NCBI GenBank assembly: GCA_035293965.1
Contig: DATGLW010000138.1
Location: 38,908-102,907, forward strand
Reading direction: 5' to 3'
DNA from: Acidimicrobiales bacterium
GTDB lineage: Bacteria; Actinomycetota; Acidimicrobiia; Acidimicrobiales; RAAP-2
DNA length: 64,000 bases
Notes under the pieces: model-generated
The model's database searches: none
Seen by the model: the letters and a program-made list of their open reading frames with translations, nothing else
What the model was told of the DNA's origin: nothing
Shown here: piece after piece, positions 15,906-27,377 of the stretch
How the letters are laid out: each line of letters begins with the position of its first letter
How positions within the stretch are numbered: position 1 is the stretch's first letter
Position numbers and translations under genes: made by a program

Positions 15906-17624
15906 GTGCTCCACGTGCGCCGGCTCGGGCGTGTCCGCTACCGCGACGCGCTCGCCCTCCAGCACGCCTTGGCTGCGCGGGCCGAGCACGACTACCTGCT
16001 CGTGCTCGAGCACCCGCACGTCTACACCCTGGGGGTGCGAGCGGACCCTGCGCACGTGCTCGTGGCGCCTGAATCGGTCGGGGCCGAGCTGGTCCGTGCC
16101 GACCGGGGAGGGGACGTCACCTACCACGGGCCGGGCCAGGTCGTCGTGTACCCGATCGTGACCGTGCCCGCGGACCCTGGCGCCGGCCCGCGCCACGTCG
16201 CGCAGGTGGAGCAGCTGGTGGTGGGCGCCCTCGAGGACCTCGGGGTGGCCGCGGCCGTGGGCGGCGTGGGGACCGTGGCCGGCTATCCGGGCGTCTGGGT
16301 CGATCCCGCGGGCGAGCGGCCCCGCAAGGTGGCGGCGGTCGGGGTGCGGACCGTGCGGGTGGGGCCCGGCCGCCGGCGGACCCTGCACGGCATCGCCCTC
16401 AACGTCGACTGTGACCTGTCGATGTTCGGCCACATCGTGCCGTGCGGCATCGCCGACCGGGCGGTGACCTCGCTCCGGGCCGAGGGTGCAGCGGTCGCCC
16501 TCGACGACGTCGTCGACGCCATCGTGGCCCGCGCCGTCGGGGTGTGGGGGCGCCATGGGGTCGACGATCGCTCGGTGAGCCCCCCGCCGGCGGGGGGTGG
16601 CACCGCTTGTCCGGAGGAACGGGCTCCCTTCCGTCGCCTCAGGCAGGCCGGCGTGGACCTGGATCACGCCCTCGACGCGGGCGCGCGCAAGCCCTCATGG
16701 CTGCGCGCTCCGGTCCGGATGGGCCGCCCGTACCTCACCTTGGCTCGGACGATCCACGACCTCGGTTTGGTGACGGTGTGCGAGGAGGCGGGCTGCCCGA
16801 ACATCTACGAGTGCTGGGCCGAGGGCACCGCCACGTTCATGGTCAACGGCTCGCGTTGCACCCGGGCGTGCGGGTTCTGCCTCGTCGACACCCGCCGTCC
16901 CCTGCCGCTCGACCCCGGCGAGCCGGCCCGGGTGGCCGAGGCCGTGGCGCGCATGGGGCTGGCTCACGCGGTGGTGACCTGTGTCGCCCGCGACGACCTG
17001 CCCGACGGGGGGGCGGGCGCGCTCGCGGCCACCGTCGAGGCGATCCGCAGCCGGAGGCCGGGAACGACGGTCGAGGTGCTCGTCTCGGACTGCAAGGGGG
17101 ACCCGGCAGCCTTGCAGCGGATCTTCGACGTCCGGCCCGACGTGCTCAACCACAACATCGAGACAGTGGCGCGCCTGCAGCGGGCGGTCCGCCCCTCGGC
17201 CGGGTACGCCAGGAGCCTGGCCGTGCTCGCCAGGGCGGCCGACGCCGGGTTGGTGGTCAAGTCGGGGTTGATGGTCGGGCTTGGCGAGTCGGAGGACGAG
17301 GTGGTGAGCACGCTGGCCGACCTGCGGGCGGTCGGGGTGTCGATCGCCACCATCGGCCAGTACCTCCGGCCGAGCCGCTCGCACCTGCCCGTGGCACGCT
17401 GGTGGACGCCCGAGGAGCTGCGCCGGCTGGGCGACGCGGGCCGCCGCCTCGGCCTGGCCCACGTGGAGGCGTCACCCCTCACCCGCTCGAGCTACCACGC
17501 CCGCCAGGCAGCCGCCGCTGCGGCTGGGAGTGGGGCGATGCCGGCTGGCGGTGTGCCTGCTACCGGCGGGACTGCGGTGCCGGTGCCCGTCTCATTCCGG
17601 CGTTCCGGTTTCCCTGCCGCCTGA
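15906..17624 (+). CDS. lipB-lipA: apparent fused octanoyltransferase (LipB) and lipoyl synthase (LipA)
   Basis: The LipB part (RGGDVTYHGPGQVVVYP...KVAAVGV...HGIALNV) and the LipA part (CEEAGCPNIYECW, radical-SAM CTRACGFC, RSSYHA) sit in one frame. The ORF track shows no stop codon between them. An internal GTG at 16651 could also start LipA. Confidence 0.8.
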   Translation: MLHVRRLGRVRYRDALALQHALAARAEHDYLLVLEHPHVYTLGVRADPAHVLVAPESVGAELVRADRGGDVTYHGPGQVVVYPIVTVPADPGAGPRHVAQVEQLVVGALEDLGVAAAVGGVGTVAGYPGVWVDPAGERPRKVAAVGVRTVRVGPGRRRTLHGIALNVDCDLSMFGHIVPCGIADRAVTSLRAEGAAVALDDVVDAIVARAVGVWGRHGVDDRSVSPPPAGGGTACPEERAPFRRLRQAGVDLDHALDAGARKPSWLRAPVRMGRPYLTLARTIHDLGLVTVCEEAGCPNIYECWAEGTATFMVNGSRCTRACGFCLVDTRRPLPLDPGEPARVAEAVARMGLAHAVVTCVARDDLPDGGAGALAATVEAIRSRRPGTTVEVLVSDCKGDPAALQRIFDVRPDVLNHNIETVARLQRAVRPSAGYARSLAVLARAADAGLVVKSGLMVGLGESEDEVVSTLADLRAVGVSIATIGQYLRPSRSHLPVARWWTPEELRRLGDAGRRLGLAHVEASPLTRSSYHARQAAAAAAGSGAMPAGGVPATGGTAVPVPVSFRRSGFPAA

Positions 17625-17649
17625 CCCCCTGCCGCCTGACCCCCTGCCG
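17614..17649. repeat. tandem repeat, 15-bp unit x2.4
   Basis: ctgccgcctgacccc is repeated, and the first copy contains the lipA stop codon. Confidence 0.75.
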
Positions 17650-17719
17650 TGGCCGGCTGGCCGCCGACGCGCGCCAACCCGGGCCGCGCGCCGGCCTGCG
17701 CACGCCCGCCTGCGGGAAG

Positions 17720-18400
17720 TCAGGTGCGCTGGGCGACGTGCTGGGTCCAGGCCGAGCCGTCCCAGTAGCGCAGGGTGTCGGGGGCGCCACTCGGGTCCGG
17801 GAGCCACCCGGGCGGGGGTGGTGGAGCGACCGGCGCCCCGGCAGGTGCCGCCGGGGCCTGGTTGGGGGCCGAGGTGGCGGTGGCCACCGCGCCCCGGGCG
17901 GGGGTGGCGCCAGGCGCGTGCGCAGGGGCGTGCGCGGGGCCGCTCGCAGCTGCAGCTGCGTGCGGCGCGGCCCGCAGGACCTCGGCGCTGCTCGGCACCG
18001 AGGAGGGCGCTGCCGAAGCGGGTGCAGCCTGGGGCGCCCGGTCCTGCTGGTCCGCGGCGCCCGGCGGCGCGGTGCGCGGGGACGAGGCGGCCTGGGGGGC
18101 GGAGAAGGCCGAGGACACCGAGTCGAACCCTGCGAAGGGGTCCGACGCCGGGCCGGGGCCGCCGCCTGCGGGACCGCCGCCGGCCAGCTCGGAGACCTCG
18201 CCGTAGTAGGAGGTGGCCGTCGGGGCCTGACCGGCAGCGGGCGCTTTCGCCGGCGCGTTCCGGCGCCGGTAGAGCACCACGGTCACGATCAACAGCACCA
18301 CGACGACGGCGAGGATCGCGAGCTCGATGATCTTCGTCGAGTTGGAGAGTGCTGCGAGCACGGTCGCCCCCGTGGTCGTTCCGCCGATATTGGTTCCCAT
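17720..18400 (-). CDS. DUF2510 domain-containing membrane protein
   Basis: One N-terminal TM helix (IIELAILAVVVVLLIVTVVLY), a low-complexity Ala/Pro linker, and a C-terminal GWLPDPSGAPDTLRYWDGSAWTQHV motif. Confidence 0.75.
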   Translation of the reverse strand: MGTNIGGTTTGATVLAALSNSTKIIELAILAVVVVLLIVTVVLYRRRNAPAKAPAAGQAPTATSYYGEVSELAGGGPAGGGPGPASDPFAGFDSVSSAFSAPQAASSPRTAPPGAADQQDRAPQAAPASAAPSSVPSSAEVLRAAPHAAAAASGPAHAPAHAPGATPARGAVATATSAPNQAPAAPAGAPVAPPPPPGWLPDPSGAPDTLRYWDGSAWTQHVAQRT

Positions 18401-18406
18401 GCTCGC

Positions 18407-18412
18407 ACGCTA
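18407..18412 (-). promoter_or_regulatory. -10-like hexamer TAGCGT, 6 nt before the ATG (leaderless-type)
   Basis: The reverse complement of acgcta lies directly upstream of the DUF2510 gene start. Confidence 0.4.
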
Positions 18413-18458
18413 CTGCCGGTCGCAATCGGGGTCAACGACCCCCGCTGCTCGGGACCCC

Positions 18459-21977
<3,519 letters not shown>

Positions 21978-21984
21978 CGCAGGA

Positions 21985-21990
21985 AGGCTA
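21985..21990 (-). promoter_or_regulatory. -10-like hexamer TAGCCT, 7 nt before the metH ATG (leaderless-type)
   Basis: The minus strand reads ggTAGCCTtcctgcgATG. Confidence 0.4.
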
Positions 21991-22121
21991 CCGGCCGCGC
22001 GAGCGCATACCGGCCACGAGCAGGTCCGCCCCCGCCCGCGCGCCGGGTTCCCGGGCAGGACGCGCCGGCAAGGGGCGTTCCAGCCTGCTCGTGGGCCAGA
22101 GGCGCGCTGCGTGCCGGGCAG

Positions 22122-22127
22122 TACGAT
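22122..22127 (+). promoter_or_regulatory. -10-like hexamer TACGAT, 8 nt before the GTG (leaderless-type)
   Basis: The sequence reads gTACGATcgccccctGTG, upstream of the adenosyltransferase gene. Confidence 0.4.
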
Positions 22128-22135
22128 CGCCCCCT

Positions 22136-22720
22136 GTGCGCATCTACACGCGCAAGGGCGACGACGGCACGACGGGCCTGCTCTTCGGCGGCCGGGTGCC
22201 GAAGAGCTCGGCTCGCATCGAGCTCAACGGAGCCGTCGACGAGGCGCAGGCCGCGATGGGCATGGCCAGGGCCGAGGCGGAGCGTGGCTCGGAGCTCGAC
22301 GATCTCCTCGTGGGCCTCGAGCGTGACCTGTACGTCCTCATGGCCGAGGTCGCCACCGAGCAACGAAACCGCTCGAAACTGGTGGAAGGGGTGACCCTCG
22401 TGACGCCCGCCATGGTGGCAGGGCTCGAGCAGCGGATCGACGACCTGAGCGCACGCTTCGCCATGCCCACTGAGTTCGTGGTGCCGGGCCAGAACCGGCG
22501 CTCGGCTGCCCTCGACCTGGCGCGTACGGTCGTGCGGCGGGCCGAGCGCCTCCACGCGGGGGAGCCCATCGCCGGCTCGCAGGTGGGCCCCTACCTGAAC
22601 CGCCTGTCGGACCTGCTGTGGACCATGGCCAGATGGCAGGAGGGTGACGAGCACCTGGCGGCCCGGCGCCAGCAGCGCCGAGCACGCAGTCCCCGTTCGC
22701 CCGGAACAGAGGGAGCGTGA
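22136..22720 (+). CDS. cob(I)yrinic acid a,c-diamide adenosyltransferase, PduO type
   Basis: N-terminus is RIYTRKGDDGTTGL. It also has ELNGAVDEA and VVPG...RTVVRRAER. Confidence 0.88.
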   Translation: MRIYTRKGDDGTTGLLFGGRVPKSSARIELNGAVDEAQAAMGMARAEAERGSELDDLLVGLERDLYVLMAEVATEQRNRSKLVEGVTLVTPAMVAGLEQRIDDLSARFAMPTEFVVPGQNRRSAALDLARTVVRRAERLHAGEPIAGSQVGPYLNRLSDLLWTMARWQEGDEHLAARRQQRRARSPRSPGTEGA

Positions 22721-22727
22721 CCGCTCG

Positions 22728-24317
22728 ATGACCCGGCTCGAGGTGGAGGTGACGGCAGCCGGCACCGGGGTGGAGGCGGCCGTGGCTGTGGGCGTGCCGG
22801 TCTTCGCGGCCGAGCCGGCCCCCGAGCTGGCCGCCGGGGTGGCGGGACACCCCGCCCTCGCAGGGGGGGTCGCCGAGCTTGCCGGCACCCTCGATCCCAC
22901 GTGGTGCGCCCAGCGCGGGTTCGCCGCCCGGCCCGGCCAGGTCCTCCACGTGGGAGGCGGACCCGGCCGGCCGGCACTGGCCCTGGTCGGACTGGGTAGC
23001 AGGGCCGGGCTCGACCCCGAGCGCTGGCGCAGGGCCGCCGCCGCGCTGGTGCGCAGCGCCGGCGAGCGGGGCGCGGTGGCGTTCCTCGTGCCCGACTCAG
23101 CGTTGGCCGGCCCTCCGCCGGGCACCGACGGCGCGGCCGGACGCCCACCTGCCGCGGTCACGGGGGCCGCCCTGGCCGAAGGGGCCGTGCTGGCTGCCTA
23201 CCGGTTCGACCCGTTCCGGAGCGCTCCCCGCCCCGGAGCCCCCGAACGCCTGCTCGTGGTGCCCGGCACAGAGGCGATCCGCGCCGACCTGGCACGTGGC
23301 ACGGGCCGGGGGGCACGCGCGGCCCGTGCGGTGTCCTTCGCCCGCGACCTCATCAACACGCCGCCGAGCCACCTTCCCCCGGCGCGCATGGCCGAGCGCG
23401 TCGCCGACGAGCTGGGAGGCATCGAAGGCGTGCGCGTCGAGGTGTGGGACGAGGCCCGCGCGGAGGCAGAGCGCCTCGGGGGGCTGCTCGGGGTGAGCCG
23501 CGGCTCGGTGCAGCCGCCCCGCCTCGTGTGGGCGACCTTCGAGCCTGCCGGGCCCGCGGGGCCCGACGAGTCTGGGCGACCGCCCCACATCGTCCTCGTC
23601 GGCAAGGGCATCACCTTCGACTCGGGTGGGCTGTCGCTCAAGACTGCCGAGGGCATGACGACGATGAAGACGGACATGAGCGGCGCCGCCATCGTGCTGT
23701 CCACGCTGGCCGCGTGCCGCGACCTCGGCGTGGGCTGCCGAGTGACCGCTCTGGCCCCCTTGGCCGAGAACATGCCCGGCGGACGGGCCCTCAAGCCCGG
23801 CGACGTGCTCACCATCCGCAACGGGGCGACGGTGGAGGTGCTCAACACCGACGCCGAGGGCCGTCTGGTGCTCGCCGACGCCCTGTCACTGGCGGCCGAG
23901 CTCGAGCCCGACGCGATCGTCGACGTGGCCACCTTGACGGGGGCAGCCACGGTGGCGCTCGGCCGGGGCATCGCCGCCCTGTTCGGCAATGACGAGCGCC
24001 TCGTCGAGCGCGTGCGCCGCAGCGGGGAGCTGGCCGGCGAGCGCCTCTGGCCCCTGCCGCTGCCCGAGGACTACCAGGAGCACATCGACTCGGACGTGGC
24101 CGACATGAAGAACGTGGGCCGCGCGGGCGAGGCCGGCGCCATCGCGGCTGCGCTGCTGCTGGCCCGCTTCGTCAAGGCGGTCCCCTGGGCGCACCTCGAC
24201 ATCGCCGGCACGGGGCGGAGCGCCGAGTCGAGCGGCTACGTGTCGAAGGGCGGCACCGGCTTCGGCGTCCGGACCCTGCTGGAGCTGCTCGCGTCCTACG
24301 ACCGCCCGCCCGGCTGA
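22728..24317 (+). CDS. pepA: leucyl aminopeptidase
   Basis: Contains VGKGITFDSGG, MKTDMSGAA and the signature NTDAEGRLVLADAL. Confidence 0.92.
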   Translation: MTRLEVEVTAAGTGVEAAVAVGVPVFAAEPAPELAAGVAGHPALAGGVAELAGTLDPTWCAQRGFAARPGQVLHVGGGPGRPALALVGLGSRAGLDPERWRRAAAALVRSAGERGAVAFLVPDSALAGPPPGTDGAAGRPPAAVTGAALAEGAVLAAYRFDPFRSAPRPGAPERLLVVPGTEAIRADLARGTGRGARAARAVSFARDLINTPPSHLPPARMAERVADELGGIEGVRVEVWDEARAEAERLGGLLGVSRGSVQPPRLVWATFEPAGPAGPDESGRPPHIVLVGKGITFDSGGLSLKTAEGMTTMKTDMSGAAIVLSTLAACRDLGVGCRVTALAPLAENMPGGRALKPGDVLTIRNGATVEVLNTDAEGRLVLADALSLAAELEPDAIVDVATLTGAATVALGRGIAALFGNDERLVERVRRSGELAGERLWPLPLPEDYQEHIDSDVADMKNVGRAGEAGAIAAALLLARFVKAVPWAHLDIAGTGRSAESSGYVSKGGTGFGVRTLLELLASYDRPPG

Positions 24318-24385
24318 ACCGCCGCACCGCTTGCCGCCGGCCTGCCCCGCACCGCGGGACGCCGCACCGCTGACCGCCGGCTCGC

Positions 24386-25039
24386 TCAGTCCTCGGGCTT
24401 CCCCGGACGGCGCAGGGCCCAACGGGTGGCGTCGGCGGCGAGCGCCGGATGGATGCCCCACCGGGCGAGGTGCCGCTCGATGGCCTGGCGCTCCTCGCCC
24501 AGCTGGGCGAGGTCCAGGGCGAGGAGCCGGGCACGACGGCGCCATGCGTCAGCGGGAGGAGTCCCCTGGCGGCCAGCTTCCCAGGCCCGGTGACGCGCCT
24601 GGAGCGACAGCGGCAGCCGGAGCAGCTGGCGGCGGGGGAGGGGTGCGAGCAGACGCCGAACGGCCAGGGCGGCGCCACCGGCCGGCCGGGCGAGCCCGAA
24701 GCGGACGCAGCGCCCGACCGCCCGTGCAAGGCCGGCGCCGCTCCCGCTGCCGAGCCCGAGCGAGGCGGCGAGCTCCGCCGGCGCCACCTCGAAGCGGCCC
24801 CCGCCTGCGTCCATGCCGTCGGCCAGGCGGCGGAGCAGCAGGGTCGCGGAGGGGCCGATGACCGGCAGCCAGAACAGCTCCACGTACTCGGAGCGCGGGT
24901 GGTAGCCGATCTCCTCGACTGCCGGGTCCCGCAGGGGCACCACCGTGAGCGTCGCCGCGGAGGGGTCGAACCCCGCCCACGCACGCTCCGCCAGGGCGCC
25001 GTGCGTGGGGCGGGCGAGGGGTCGGGCCGTGCTCGTCAT
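24386..25039 (-). CDS. hypothetical protein
   Basis: 217 aa counted from MTSTARPL. Composition is non-repetitive (YVELFWLPVIGPSATLLLRRLADG) and I recognise no family. Confidence 0.6.
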   Translation of the reverse strand: MTSTARPLARPTHGALAERAWAGFDPSAATLTVVPLRDPAVEEIGYHPRSEYVELFWLPVIGPSATLLLRRLADGMDAGGGRFEVAPAELAASLGLGSGSGAGLARAVGRCVRFGLARPAGGAALAVRRLLAPLPRRQLLRLPLSLQARHRAWEAGRQGTPPADAWRRRARLLALDLAQLGEERQAIERHLARWGIHPALAADATRWALRRPGKPED

Positions 25040-25121
25040 GCCGGCAGGGTCGCGCCGGAACCTCGCCGCCGACCTTGCTCGCTTCCTCGGCGGGCCGCGC
25101 TCGGCGTGGCGGCCACTCCGG

Positions 25122-25805
25122 TCAGGGACCCCGCCAGCGGCCGCGGTGCAACCGCTGCGCCCCGCCGGGCCGGACCCGGTCGAGGGAGGGGGAGCGGTGG
25201 TCGGCGCCGTCGGGGTGCCCGAGGAGCACGGCGCCGAACAGGCGCCACCCCGGGGGCACGCCGAGGGCCGCGAGGAGGGCGGCCTCGCCCCGGAAATTGC
25301 CGAGGAAGCACGCGCCGAGCCCGGCACTCTCGGCTTCGAGGAGGAGCGCCATGGTCGAGAAGGCGGCGTCGCCGAACCAGTAGGGCACCGGCCACGCCGC
25401 CTCGCCCCCGCCGGCGGGTGGCGGGCCGAGGCCAGAGGGCTCCTTGTCCGGCTCGCCGTAACGGTCGACGTAGACCTCGGGCGAGGTGAGGGACAGGGCC
25501 ACCACCGGGGCGCGGGCGAGCCCCGCCCAACGGCGCGACGCTGCCCGCCAGGCTTCGGTTGTCGTCAGGTCCCAGTAGCGGGCAGTCTCCTCGGGGCCCT
25601 GGAGCACCAGCCAGGCGACGCCCCGGGCGTTGCCGGCTGTGGGGGAGCGCAGGGCATCGAGCACCAAGGCGTCCACGACGTCGCGGGGCACGTCGCGAGC
25701 CTCGAAGCTGCGGACCATTCGCCGCCTGCGGATCGACTCGCCGACCTCCAGGGACCCTCCTCCCAGCCGCGCCCCGCCGATCGCCGTCGGCACCAGGTTG
25801 GCCAT
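25122..25805 (-). CDS. nitroreductase family protein
   Basis: Contains RRRMVRSFEARDVP, SPTAGNARG and a C-terminal FGAVLLGHP. Confidence 0.8.
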   Translation of the reverse strand: MANLVPTAIGGARLGGGSLEVGESIRRRRMVRSFEARDVPRDVVDALVLDALRSPTAGNARGVAWLVLQGPEETARYWDLTTTEAWRAASRRWAGLARAPVVALSLTSPEVYVDRYGEPDKEPSGLGPPPAGGGEAAWPVPYWFGDAAFSTMALLLEAESAGLGACFLGNFRGEAALLAALGVPPGWRLFGAVLLGHPDGADHRSPSLDRVRPGGAQRLHRGRWRGP

Positions 25806-25871
25806 GGCGCCGTCGGCACCAGGTTGGCCGTGGCGCCGTCGGCGCCAGGTTGGCCGTGGCGCCGTCGGCGC
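25783..25871. repeat. tandem repeat, 26-bp unit x3.4, spanning a start codon
   Basis: ccgtcggc(a/g)ccaggttggcc(a/g)tggcg starts at 25783, 25809, 25835 and 25861. Copy 1 contains the nitroreductase ATG, and the upstream copies read ACG at that position. Confidence 0.85.
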
Positions 25872-26017
25872 CACGAGGTCATGGTACGCAGACGGCCGGC
25901 ACGGCGTGCACGGCGTGGTCCACCTGGCTGGCGTACGGCATGCCGGGAGGTGCAGGGAATGTCGACCGACCTGGTAGGGTTTGTACCCGCGAAGTCGGAC
26001 ACGAGCGGAGGTGCGAG

Positions 26018-27178
26018 TTGCCGACGGCTAGGGAGCTCCTCAACGACGCGAAGTCGGTCATCACCGAGGTCGGCACCGCCGACGCCGAGGCACGGCTCGG
26101 CGCGGCGACCTTCCTCGACGTGCGCGAGCCGGACGAGTACCAGCAGGGGGCCGTGCCCGGGGCCGTCCACCTGCCGAGGGGGAACCTCGAGTTCCAGGTC
26201 GAGGGCCGGCTGGTCGACAAGGAGGCGCCGATCGTCGTGTACTGCGCCGGCGGGGCCCGCTCCGCGCTCGCAGCCCGCACCCTCGGCGACCTGGGCTACC
26301 GCGACGTCGTGTCGATGGCCGGCGGCTTCAACCGCTGGAAGGACGAGGGACGACCCTGGTCGGTGCCCCGCTTTCTCACCCCCGACCAGCGAAACCGGTA
26401 CCACCGGCACCTGCTCCTCCCCGAGGTTGGCGAGGCCGGCCAGCAGAAGCTGCTCGATTCCAAGGTCCTGCTCCTCGGCGCCGGCGGCCTCGGCTCGCCC
26501 GCTGCCCTCTACCTGGCCGCTGCCGGCGTGGGCACGCTCGGGATCATCGACATGGACGTGGTCGACGAGTCCAACCTGCAGCGCCAGGTGCTCCACAGCA
26601 TGGATCGCATCGGCGAGCGCAAGGTCGACTCGGCCAAGAAGACCCTCACGGCCATGAACCACGACGTCAACGTGGTCACCTACGACGTGCGGCTGGGTGC
26701 CGACAACGTCCTCGACATCATCGACGGCTACGACGTCATCCTCGACGGCACGGACAACTTCCCGACCCGGTACCTCGTCAACGACGCCTCGCTGCTCAAG
26801 CGGGTGCCGGTCGTCCACGGCTCGATCTTCCGCTTCGAGGGCCAGGTGACCGTGTTCGACCCCTACAACGGCCCCTGCTATCGCTGCCTCATCCCCGAGC
26901 CGCCGCCCCCCGAACTGGCTCCCTCGTGTGCGGAGGCCGGCGTGCTCGGCGTCCTACCGGGCATCGTCGGGTCCATCCAGGCGCTCGAGACCCTCAAGCT
27001 GTTGCTCGGCCTCGGCGACCCGCTGGTGGGGCGCCTCCTCGCCTTCGACGCGCTCGAGCAGTCGTTCCGCACCTTCAAGGTCCGGCGCGACCCTGCCTGC
27101 CCTGCATGTGGTCCCGACGCGGGCGACATCGTGATCGCCGAGTACGACGAGCTCTGCATGCCCCACCCGCGAGGCTGA
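26018..27178 (+). CDS. rhodanese-ThiF/MoeB adenylyltransferase-sulfurtransferase (rhodanese domain at the N-terminus)
   Basis: N-terminal rhodanese domain with active-site loop YCAGGARS. It is followed by the E1-like domain (LLLGAGGLGSPAALYLAAAGVG, DVVDESNLQRQ, CYRC...CPAC). TTG start at 26018 lies 7 nt after GGAGG. Confidence 0.85.
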   Translation: MPTARELLNDAKSVITEVGTADAEARLGAATFLDVREPDEYQQGAVPGAVHLPRGNLEFQVEGRLVDKEAPIVVYCAGGARSALAARTLGDLGYRDVVSMAGGFNRWKDEGRPWSVPRFLTPDQRNRYHRHLLLPEVGEAGQQKLLDSKVLLLGAGGLGSPAALYLAAAGVGTLGIIDMDVVDESNLQRQVLHSMDRIGERKVDSAKKTLTAMNHDVNVVTYDVRLGADNVLDIIDGYDVILDGTDNFPTRYLVNDASLLKRVPVVHGSIFRFEGQVTVFDPYNGPCYRCLIPEPPPPELAPSCAEAGVLGVLPGIVGSIQALETLKLLLGLGDPLVGRLLAFDALEQSFRTFKVRRDPACPACGPDAGDIVIAEYDELCMPHPRG

Positions 27179-27364
27179 CGGCGCACCGGTGCCGGCCCGG
27201 GGCGCCGGCGGCGCCGGCCGGGGCCCCCTTGGGTCCTGCGTCCGCGCGTGGATCCGAGCGTGACGACGGAGCCGGAGCAGGGCCGCGAGCAGGTCCTGCG
27301 TCCAAGCGTGGACCCCACGCCAAGGCCGGACTCGCCGCGGTGGCCCCCAGGGGACCGCGGTCTT

Positions 27365-27370
27365 TAACCT
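27365..27370 (+). promoter_or_regulatory. -10-like hexamer TAACCT, 7 nt before the ATG (leaderless-type)
   Basis: The sequence reads ttTAACCTtgggacgATG, upstream of the mutase gene. Confidence 0.4.
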
Positions 27371-27377
27371 TGGGACG

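Noticed and set aside
21978-22135. SAH, SAM or B12 riboswitch in front of metH (some SAH-riboswitch-like strings, for example gaggcgcgctgcg at about 22100)
   Set aside because: A -10-like box sits 7 nt from the metH ATG, so there is probably no 5' UTR. The SAH-like string is on the opposite strand next to the adenosyltransferase start, and the rest of the consensus is missing. Only a cmsearch could fully exclude a riboswitch.
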